From: Pelagomonas calceolata
Taxonomy: Eukaryota
Assembly (NCBI GenBank): GCA_918797485.1
Contig: CAKKNE010000005.1
Coordinates: 4,650,001 to 4,714,000, forward strand
Direction: 5' to 3'
DNA length: 64,000 nucleotides
This document shows, piece by piece, positions 10,181-18,201 of this stretch. The notes beneath the pieces are model-generated. The model worked only from the letters and a program-made list of their open reading frames with translations, had not been told where the DNA came from and did no database searches. Position numbers and translations under genes: made by a program. Within the stretch, counting starts at the first letter, position 1, and every line of letters begins with the position of its first letter.

Positions 10181-10846
10181 ATGGCCGAGCTCACTACAAA
10201 TGACGAGCAAACGCCGCCGAAGGTCACCGTCCTCCTCGACCTCGCTTCTTTAGAAATAGTCAAGACTCGCAAGGGCGAGTTCCAGCTACTGAACAGCGAC
10301 GACCACCGTTCCATCCTGTCGAAGCACGGCCGGGACCCCAAAGAATGTAGGCCGGACATCGCCCATCAAGAATTGATGGCGTTATTCGACTCGCCGCTGA
10401 ACAAGGCGGGCCAGCTCCAGGTCTATCTGCGCACCAGACAAAATGTACTGATACAATTTCATCCCTCAGTTAGGATCCCGCGAACGTACAAGCGGTTTGC
10501 CGGGCTCATGGTCCAGCTCCTCCACAAGCTCAAAGTAAGGGCGGCGGACGGCCGGGAAACGCTCCTAAAAGTCGTGAAGAACCCCATCGGGCGCCACTTG
10601 CCCGCGGGCTGCGTCATGTACGGCTTCTCGGTGAAGGGCGATCGCTACACGCCCCAGGCCTTCGCGGCGCAGATGCCGGACAAGCCCGTCTGCTTTGTCA
10701 TCGGCGCGATGGCGGCGGGCCACGTCGACCGCGACGACTTCGAGGCCATGGTCGACTACGTGTCTTTGTCGGAGTACCCGCTGAGCGGTGCGACGGCGAT
10801 CAACCGGCTGCTGGGCGCCATCGAGGCGCACCGGGGGATCTCCTAA
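10181..10846 (+). CDS. EMG1: 18S rRNA pseudouridine-N1 methyltransferase Nep1/Emg1
   Basis: LLNSDDH, RPDIAHQELMALFDSPLNKAG, RIPRTYKRFAGLMVQLLHKL, VIGAMAAG, SEYPLSG. Confidence 0.96.
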   Translation: MAELTTNDEQTPPKVTVLLDLASLEIVKTRKGEFQLLNSDDHRSILSKHGRDPKECRPDIAHQELMALFDSPLNKAGQLQVYLRTRQNVLIQFHPSVRIPRTYKRFAGLMVQLLHKLKVRAADGRETLLKVVKNPIGRHLPAGCVMYGFSVKGDRYTPQAFAAQMPDKPVCFVIGAMAAGHVDRDDFEAMVDYVSLSEYPLSGATAINRLLGAIEAHRGIS

Positions 10847-10856
10847 ACAACAATCA

Positions 10857-11930
10857 CTAGACATTATACATCGCGCGCCGCCGGCGCACGGCCTCTCCAC
10901 AACACGCGTCGAACGCGGCCGCGGCGGCATCGTCGACCACTCGCACCAAGTCGACGGGGCCGAACGCGTCCCACACTTTGAGGTACTCGCCGGCCAGCGA
11001 GCAGCCGAACACTCCCGTATCGTCCGTGCAGATGGCGAGCGGCGGGCTACCTGTCGAGTGAAAGTGGCACCAGAGGCGCGGGTGGTCCTCGAGTCGAGCG
11101 AGGTCCAGCGTCGCCGCGTTCGAGGACGGACACGCCTCTATCAATGAAGCGCAGCCCCGCAGCTCGTCGTCCGAGAACGCCAGCGCGTGGCCGAAGCGTA
11201 CTCGCCGCGGCTTCTCGCGCGCGAACGCGAGGATCTTGGCCGAGTCCCCGTCGCTCCGCGGCGTCTCGCCGACGTGTAGCGCACAACCAAGGCCCCACTG
11301 GTCCCGCACCTCGCGGAACAAGTGCTCGAACGCGTCGAAGCCGTGTTTGGAGGTCGGATTCCCACTAAAGTCGACGCCCACAACAATCCGGTCGACGGTC
11401 GCGTCGGACCGCCGCAGCTGCGCCACCTCCGCGAGCGTCTTCGCGGCCGCTTCCGGGCCGCGCGACCGGTCCACACTCACTAGTAATCTAGCCGTGATGC
11501 CGGACGCCTCGCTCAACACTCTACAAACGGTCCGCACGTAGTCCGCCTCCGTGCGGCCCTGTAACGCGCGCGGCGTCGTCCGCAGCTCCACGTACGCGCA
11601 GCCGTCCGCCCTCAAATCTTCGAGGAACTCGCGCGCGATGACTGCGACAATCTCTAAACTATCGACGCATTTGTGGATGAGCGCGAAGATCTCGAAGCAG
11701 ACCTCCAGCGTCCGCTTCCGGTCGAGGCACGCGGCGTCGAGGCCCCGTTCGGCCGCGAGGCGCTTTAGCGTCGCCGGGCGGATGGATCCGTTTAAATGAG
11801 CGTGCAGCTCGACCTTGGTCATGCGTCGTATGCGGCGGCGGTCCCGCCAGCGTCGCAGGATGTGTGCTGCGACGGCTGCGGCTAAGCCGGTGGCGGCGGC
11901 GCCAAGGAGGCGCTTGTGTTGTGGCTGCAT
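10857..11930 (-). CDS. ADAL: adenosine deaminase-like protein (ADAL/MAPDA family)
   Basis: KVELHAHLNGSI, YVELRTTPR, VGVDFSGNP, LHVGE, RFGHA, IEACPSSN, ICTDDTGVF. Likely ATG at 11930. Confidence 0.88.
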   Translation of the reverse strand: MQPQHKRLLGAAATGLAAAVAAHILRRWRDRRRIRRMTKVELHAHLNGSIRPATLKRLAAERGLDAACLDRKRTLEVCFEIFALIHKCVDSLEIVAVIAREFLEDLRADGCAYVELRTTPRALQGRTEADYVRTVCRVLSEASGITARLLVSVDRSRGPEAAAKTLAEVAQLRRSDATVDRIVVGVDFSGNPTSKHGFDAFEHLFREVRDQWGLGCALHVGETPRSDGDSAKILAFAREKPRRVRFGHALAFSDDELRGCASLIEACPSSNAATLDLARLEDHPRLWCHFHSTGSPPLAICTDDTGVFGCSLAGEYLKVWDAFGPVDLVRVVDDAAAAAFDACCGEAVRRRRAMYNV

Positions 11931-12206
11931 TGCTGCCAGACGGAGCGTTTTCGCCTCACGAGCGTTTTGAATAGGTGCGCCGTGCACGACTGCGATCGCT
12001 GGCGATCGCTGCGGTGGCGTCGTGCGTTGACGGCGTCGCACTGGCTCTATTTGTGCAGCGAGAGGCTCACCACACAAAACAGCTCCATTGACAGCAGCGC
12101 AGTCCGCTGGCCGCAGGCGAATAGAACTGGCACAGGAGCCCTGCGACTGCTAATTTATCACGCCGTCGAGCTCTAATTGCTGCGGACGCGCGGACGCAGG
12201 AGAACC

Positions 12207-14162
12207 ATGCTGAAACTCGTGCTGTGCGCAGCAGCGAGCGCCAGCGCGACGATCGAATGGCGCGGGATCACAGCGACCATAAAGGACCGCTCCATATTGC
12301 GAGCAGTCGGTGGACAAGCGAAAGCCGGCCGGCTCCACGCCATTATGGGTCCTTCCGGATCCGGCAAGACGTCGCTGCTGAGCGCGCTGAGTGGCACGTG
12401 CGATAGGCGGCTGAAGCTGAGCGGCGATCTCCGCGCCGACGGCGTCGCGGTGGACAAGGTCGAAGGCGCCTACGTAAGACAGCAGGACGTCTTCTATCCG
12501 TATTTGACGGTGCGGGAGACGCTGACGTTCGCGGCGACGTTGCGGCTTGGCCCAGACGCAGATGTCCCGACAATCGTCGACTCGATCTTGATGAAGACGG
12601 GCCTCGCGAAAGCCGCGGACACGATCGTCGGCGACGACAAGATCCGGGGCGTGTCGGGCGGCGAGCGGAAGCGATTGGCGATTGCTTGTGAGCTTGTCGA
12701 CGACCCGGACGTGCTATTCCTCGACGAGCCGACGTCCGGGCTCGACTCCTTCGCTGCGCAGCGCGTCGTGGCGAGCCTGCGCACGTTGTGCGACGCGGGG
12801 AAGACGGTGGTATGCGTGATTCACCAGCCGTCCGGCGGCGTTTTTGCCGCCTTCGACGACCTGACGCTGCTTTCGGAGGGCGAATGCATGTATCATGGGC
12901 CGATCTGCGACCTCGACGCGCGGCTGCGCAAGGAGGGCTTCCCGCGGCCGCGGACGGCGGCGCCCGCAGAGCACGCCGTCGAAACGGTCAGTGTCAACTA
13001 CGGCTCGCCGGAGACGGAGGCGTCGTCGCGGGAGGTCTTGGCGAAGCTCTCGGACGCCTGCAAAAAGGCCGAGCGGCCCCTGCCGGCGGCGACTCCGGCG
13101 AAGACGAAGGCGACTGCTAAGGGCCCTCGCCGCCGGCCGCTGGCGGAGTTGCGATTGCTCTACCAGCGCGCCCGACGGGACGTGTCGAGGGCTAAGGCGG
13201 CTACCGCAATAAAAGCAGCGCAGCAGGTTATGACGGCCTTGATCTATGGCGGTATTTATGATCTCGACGACTCGCAGCGGTCGATCCAAGATCGCTTCGG
13301 TTTGTTGAGTCTCTGTGTTATCGGCGCGACGAACCTTGCGATCGCCTCGACGATCCGTGCCTTCCCCAAGGAGAAGACAATCGTCCAGCGGGAGCGGAGC
13401 CCTCGATCCGGCCGGCCGATGTACGGCGCGTTGCCTTATTTGTTCTCCAAGGTTGCCGCGGAACTGCCTCTATCCGTCGGTCTGTCGTGTCTCTTCGGAG
13501 GCATCCTGTATCCGTTGGCCAAGCTAGGTAGGACCACGCGGAAGTTCCGGCGGTTCCTTGGGCTCACCGCATTAAATTCTGTCGCGGCTTCAGCGCTGGG
13601 TTTGCTGGTCGGGGCCGTCGCGCCGTCGACGGACGCCGCGCTGGCCATGTTTCCACCGATAATAGTGCTGATGATCATTTTCAACGGAAGCAACATCAGC
13701 GACGAGTCGACGCCGAAACCCATCAAGTTCCTGCCCAAGCTGTCGCTGGTCCGGTGGGGTTTTGAGGGGCTGGCCGTTAACGAGTTCGAGGGCCTCGAGT
13801 TCAAGCCGTTCACGCAAATCGGCCGGCCCTCTTTAAAGACTGGCGCCGACGCGCTGACGCGTCTGTCGTTCGAGGACTCGACAATAAAGCGGACCGCGGT
13901 CGCGCAGGGCGCCATCCTCGGCGCGTGCTATTTTCAGACCTATCGCGTCCTCAAAAACGCGCGGCCGCGGTACGCGACGCTGAAGCGAGCTACGGTGGTC
14001 GACGATGGCATCCGATGGACCGCGGACGCCGAGGCGCGGCTCCAGAAGATCCCGGGATTCGTCCGAGGACGTGTGAGGGGCGCCGCGGAGAAGTACGCCC
14101 GCGAGAACGGGATCACGACGATTACCGACGAGGTGTTTGTGGCTCTCAAGCCGAAAAAATAA
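12207..14162 (+). CDS. ABCG (White family) half transporter with N-terminal signal and C-terminal PCP_red-like domain
   Basis: Walker A GPSGSGKTS, signature VSGGERKR, LFLDEPTSGLDS, IHQPS, ABC2 membrane domain. The tail is WTADAEARLQKIPGFVRGRVRGAAEKYARENG. Confidence 0.9.
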   Translation: MLKLVLCAAASASATIEWRGITATIKDRSILRAVGGQAKAGRLHAIMGPSGSGKTSLLSALSGTCDRRLKLSGDLRADGVAVDKVEGAYVRQQDVFYPYLTVRETLTFAATLRLGPDADVPTIVDSILMKTGLAKAADTIVGDDKIRGVSGGERKRLAIACELVDDPDVLFLDEPTSGLDSFAAQRVVASLRTLCDAGKTVVCVIHQPSGGVFAAFDDLTLLSEGECMYHGPICDLDARLRKEGFPRPRTAAPAEHAVETVSVNYGSPETEASSREVLAKLSDACKKAERPLPAATPAKTKATAKGPRRRPLAELRLLYQRARRDVSRAKAATAIKAAQQVMTALIYGGIYDLDDSQRSIQDRFGLLSLCVIGATNLAIASTIRAFPKEKTIVQRERSPRSGRPMYGALPYLFSKVAAELPLSVGLSCLFGGILYPLAKLGRTTRKFRRFLGLTALNSVAASALGLLVGAVAPSTDAALAMFPPIIVLMIIFNGSNISDESTPKPIKFLPKLSLVRWGFEGLAVNEFEGLEFKPFTQIGRPSLKTGADALTRLSFEDSTIKRTAVAQGAILGACYFQTYRVLKNARPRYATLKRATVVDDGIRWTADAEARLQKIPGFVRGRVRGAAEKYARENGITTITDEVFVALKPKK

Positions 14163-14188
14163 GTATAACATTGTCTTATCACTACAAT

Positions 14189-16685
14189 TCACGACAGGAG
14201 CCGCTCGAGCGCTCGAGGCACGTCACCGTTCGCCTGCTGGAGGGCTGCGAGGGCACGCTTCCGCGAGAAGCCCATGGACGTAATCTGGGCCACGGCGGGC
14301 TCGTCGACTTGCGTCGGTGGCGGGGCCGCGGGCGCCGGTGCCGGCGCCGCGAGGAAGGCGTCGAGCGTCCGCGGCTTCTTCGGCGGCGGGCGCCGCGCGG
14401 GAGCGCTGCGGCGCGACTTGCGCCACAGCGCGAGTTGCCTTTCGATGTCGGCGCGCACTGCAGGCGGCAGTTCTGAGAGCGTCGCGGGGTCGACGTCGGC
14501 GCCGTCGATGCCCGCGGTCGCCCCGGGCGACGCGGGCGACGCTGGTGCAGGATGCGTGGACCGCGGCGGCGGCGGGCTCACTGGCTTGAACTTGACGTCT
14601 GCCAAGGTCTTCTGCGCCGCCGGCGCCGCGGGTTGCGGCCGCGGCGGACTCGCGGGTTTCATTTTCACGTCTTTCAGGGTCGTCTGACCTCGCGCCAAGG
14701 GCACGTACTGGCCCTCGAAGTCCGAGGACCGCACGCCCATCAATCTAATTTCCAACGGCGTGCCCGCCGCCTCCGCCTCGCCGATGGCCTCGAGGAGCAG
14801 AGGCTTCAACAGTTTGACGATGGCCTTCACCGATCGCACATACTTGTCCTTGCCCGTCTTTTTCGTCGCAGTATCTCTCGTGCTTATTCGGAAGTCCGTC
14901 GTCTTCAGCTTGAGCGTCCATTTAGCAGCCCTCATATCATGCTTTACCAAGCGCTCGGACACGAGGCCGGCGATGCGTACGAGCTTCTCCGTGAGAGCGG
15001 CGACGCCTCGCACGGGCCTGAAGGTCCGCTCGTTTCCTAGACCCTTCCGGCGAATCACGCGTTCGTCGTCCTCCTCACCATCGTCTGTTGGGCCGCCGCA
15101 TTCGCCGCAACCCAACGCGACCTCGTGGAGGAAGCCCATGGCCGCGCTCTTGCCCAGCACGCAGTAGCACTCCGGCAGGTTATCTATCAAATCACCGCAC
15201 GTCCGCACGTTCAGCGCGTCCGCGAGCTTCATCTCGAGGACGCGGCCGATGCCACCGATCTTACGGCACCTGCGCGCGTGTCGGTCAGCGAACGCCATCG
15301 ACGCGATGAAACCGCCTCAAGGACGCCGCGCGCCACGGTAGGTCCCGCAGGAATTCGAGCACGGCCGATTTTCCCGCGCCGACGCGGAATTGTCCATCGG
15401 GTTTCTTCTGGTCCGCCGCGACTTTGGCTAATCGAAAATTCGGCCCGAGGCCGCCCGACAGCGTCAGGCCGCCCGTCGCGTCCCGCACCGTCGCGCGCAT
15501 CTCGTCCAGGACTCGCTCGGCGAGCGCGCCCGCTTTGTCGTCCGCAACAATATCTAGGGCCGGCAGCGCGTCGACTGCGGCACTAATCTCGGCCAGGCGC
15601 TTTTTGACGTGTCGAGCGACGACGTCCATGTCTCCCGACGACACGTCGATGCCGCGGCCCCGCAGTTCCTCGAACGCGCCCGCCGCGTCGTCGACTAGCG
15701 ATCGCGCCCGCGCGAGCTCGGCCTCGAGCGCGGCGATCCGTTCCTCGCGGCTCGGCGGGGGCTCGTCGTCGTCGTCGTCTTCCTCGACCTCGATGACGTC
15801 TTCGTCGTCGCCGGCGGCCCGCAAAGCCTCAAGTTCCGGCTCGAGCTCCTCGACGCGCCGCGCCGCCTCGCGAGCCTCGGCGAGCCGTGACGCGCCGCTC
15901 TCCAGCGCCTCGTCCGCGAGCATGGCTCGCGCCGATGCGTGGTCGCCGCAGGCCACGCGGCATCGAAGGTAGCGCGTCAGGTCGATGTACGCTTCGTCCG
16001 CCGAGTAGGCCCTAAAATGCGGGTCGTATTGCGCGAATATAGCCCGTGCGATGCCCGCGACGCGTTCATACTTGGCGAAGTCGGGCGATACGAAGACAAG
16101 CTCTGTCTTGGGCATGCCGAATTCCGGGCCGCGCCGACACAGCGCCTGGCCAATAAAACCAGGCATGGCGCTGCGCACGCCCCACTTCCTCGCGACGTAG
16201 TTCGCTGTGCTGATCATGCCCTGTGCGCAAGTAAACCAGTGAGTCGCGTCGATGGCGTGTAGCGCTTTGCAATTGATTTCTACGCAGTGCGCGACGATGC
16301 CGCCCACGGCGACCGGCTTGTCCTTGAGCTCCGGCCGGTCCCGAATCTCCACGGCGGCGTAGAACATGTCGAAATCAACCACAGCACAGCACGTCCCGGC
16401 CGCGTCGAGCTCGTGCCGCCGCTTCTCGAACCGCGCCTCGGTTTTGGTCAGGTGGTGTCTTGCTACACTTCTCTGGGTGGCATCAAACGTCGCGAGCTTC
16501 TTGCGCGCCGTGGCGATCCATTCCTGCGAATTGTCCCTTTTTTCCTTCTTCTCGTTCGTATACTTGCTGTCCCCGCTCATCTCGAGGATGATCGCGTTGA
16601 TCTTCTGGCGGTCGACGTCCTGCGTGCCCTTGTCCGCCGCGTAGACGAGGAGGTTTTTTGCGACTTGTTCATCGTTATCCGCCAT
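14189..16685 (-). CDS. POLK: DNA polymerase kappa (Y family, DinB); exons 16685-16296, 16220-15337, 15269-14189
   Basis: N-clasp-like start, VDFDMFYAAVE, STANYVARKWGVRSAMPGF, SADEAYID, LAKVAADQKKPDGQF. Removing two GT-AG introns restores PVAVGGI|GMISTANY and LRDLP|CRKIGGIG. C-terminal UBM-like and UBA motifs. Confidence 0.92.
15270..15336 (-). other. spliceosomal intron (67 bp) in POLK
   Basis: GTGGCG...GCGCAG joins two frames into LPCRKIGGIG. Contains CGCCATCGACGCG. Confidence 0.8.
16221..16295 (-). mobile_element. degenerate introner-derived intron (75 bp, in-frame) in POLK
   Basis: GT plus 6 nt, then TIR-like CTGCGTAGAAATCAA ... TTTACTTGCGCACAG. It interrupts the conserved PVAVGG-GMISTANY motif. 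Confidence 0.7.
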
Positions 16686-16858
16686 CGTAGGCTGCGCTGC
16701 GGATTTTGGATCCAGTAGCAGAGCTCTCCGAGCACCGAGCGTGCCGCCGCGGCCAGTACCGGCCAGAAGGGCTGTCCAGTGAATCGGAGCAGCAGCGCCG
16801 GCGATGCCTGCGCCTCGTACGTCCCTGGGGACTCGTCAAAGCCGCGGCGGCGGAGCGA

Positions 16859-16882
16859 GCTAGCGGCCGTAAGAGACACTAG
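16859..16882 (+). promoter_or_regulatory. bipartite GCTAGC...AGACACTAG motif
   Basis: GCTAGCGGCCGTAAGAGACACTAG between the divergent POLK and SMP-30-like genes. Confidence 0.6.
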
Positions 16883-17129
16883 AAACAAGCTGCGGGATGC
16901 CAAAACGCATCGTCGAGACGTAACAGCGAGCGTTGCGACGCTGTACGACAGCAAGAGATCGACAAAAATACAAGGCTGCAGCTCAGCTGGACGGCTGCGT
17001 GATCTGTAGCCCTGTAGCGCCAGCTGCAAGCAAGGTAGCAAAGCGGCGGGTGAGCCATCGATGCCCAGAACTCGCCCGGGCTTGCAGGACAACGCAAATT
17101 CCACGCCTGCAAATAAACGAGCATCGTCG

Positions 17130-18170
17130 ATGCCCCGCCGCCGCAACACGCCCGGCGGCCCCGCCGCGTTTGCGGCCTACGCGAACGGCCCGGGCGCCGC
17201 GCCGCCGCCGCCGCCGCGGCCGTCCAAGGCCAAGGCCGCCGCCGCGTATGCCTTCCGCTTCGTCAAATCGCCGGACAACTGGTGGCTCCTGCTCCTGCTC
17301 GCGTCCGCGGCGCTCTACGCGCAACTGTTGGACGCGGCCCTCGCCCCGAAGGCGCTGGAGGGCTTCGCCGTCACCGGGGACGCGAAATTCTACCGCGACG
17401 TCGTCGCGCGGCACGCCAAGGCGCGCGTCCTCGTCGACGGCCTCGGCCCGCTGGCGTCGCCGGTCTGGCGCGCGCACGACGACGCGAACGACCTGCTCTT
17501 CGCCGAGGCGCCGGCGCAGCGCGTCTGGCGCCACGAGGACGGCACGGGGCTCGTGCGCGTCGGCGCGAGCGTGTTCCTCGACGCGACGGGCCCGCTCGCC
17601 TGCGTCGCGACGGCCGAGCTCGACGCGCTCGTGCTCTGCGGCGACCAGAACGTAGTGACCGTGGCGGACGACGGGGCGCGAGAAACGCTCTGGGCCGGCG
17701 CGGCGACGGCTATTTCGCGCGGCGCGACGCACGTTGCGGGCGAGCGGAACGGCACGTTCGTCGTCGAGTTCCGCAACGGGACGGCCGTCGCGGCGCTGGC
17801 AGCGGCGCCCCTGGCTCTCGCGTTCTCGCCCGACGCCAAGACGCTCTACGTCCGCACCGTCGATGCCGTCCTCGCGCTCGCTTGTGCCGACTCTTGCGCA
17901 GAGGCACGCGTCTTCCACGAGGCTGACCTTGGTGAAGGCGCGGGCCTCGCCGTCGACGGCGCCGGGCGCGTCTACGCGACGACAGAGAATGGTGTTGCGG
18001 TCCTGGCGGCGCCCGAAGGCGCGCTCCTCGGCACGCTCGAGGTTGACGACACCCCAACGGGCCTGGCGTTAGCGACGGACGCTCACCTCTACGTGACGAC
18101 CGCGGGCGGGCGGCTGCTGCGGGTTCCGGTGCGGCGGGGGGTGCGGCCGGCGGACGTCGTGGCGAGTTAA
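17130..18170 (+). CDS. SMP-30/gluconolactonase-like beta-propeller protein with N-terminal membrane anchor
   Basis: GLGPLASPVW, LAFSPDAKTLYV, GLAVDGAGRVYA, GVAVLAAPEGALLG, PTGLAL...LYVT. TM WWLLLLLASAALY. An alternative ATG is at 17061. Confidence 0.7.
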   Translation: MPRRRNTPGGPAAFAAYANGPGAAPPPPPRPSKAKAAAAYAFRFVKSPDNWWLLLLLASAALYAQLLDAALAPKALEGFAVTGDAKFYRDVVARHAKARVLVDGLGPLASPVWRAHDDANDLLFAEAPAQRVWRHEDGTGLVRVGASVFLDATGPLACVATAELDALVLCGDQNVVTVADDGARETLWAGAATAISRGATHVAGERNGTFVVEFRNGTAVAALAAAPLALAFSPDAKTLYVRTVDAVLALACADSCAEARVFHEADLGEGAGLAVDGAGRVYATTENGVAVLAAPEGALLGTLEVDDTPTGLALATDAHLYVTTAGGRLLRVPVRRGVRPADVVAS

Positions 18171-18201
18171 TAGTGTGTTCTACCTACCTTACTAAATACC
18201 C

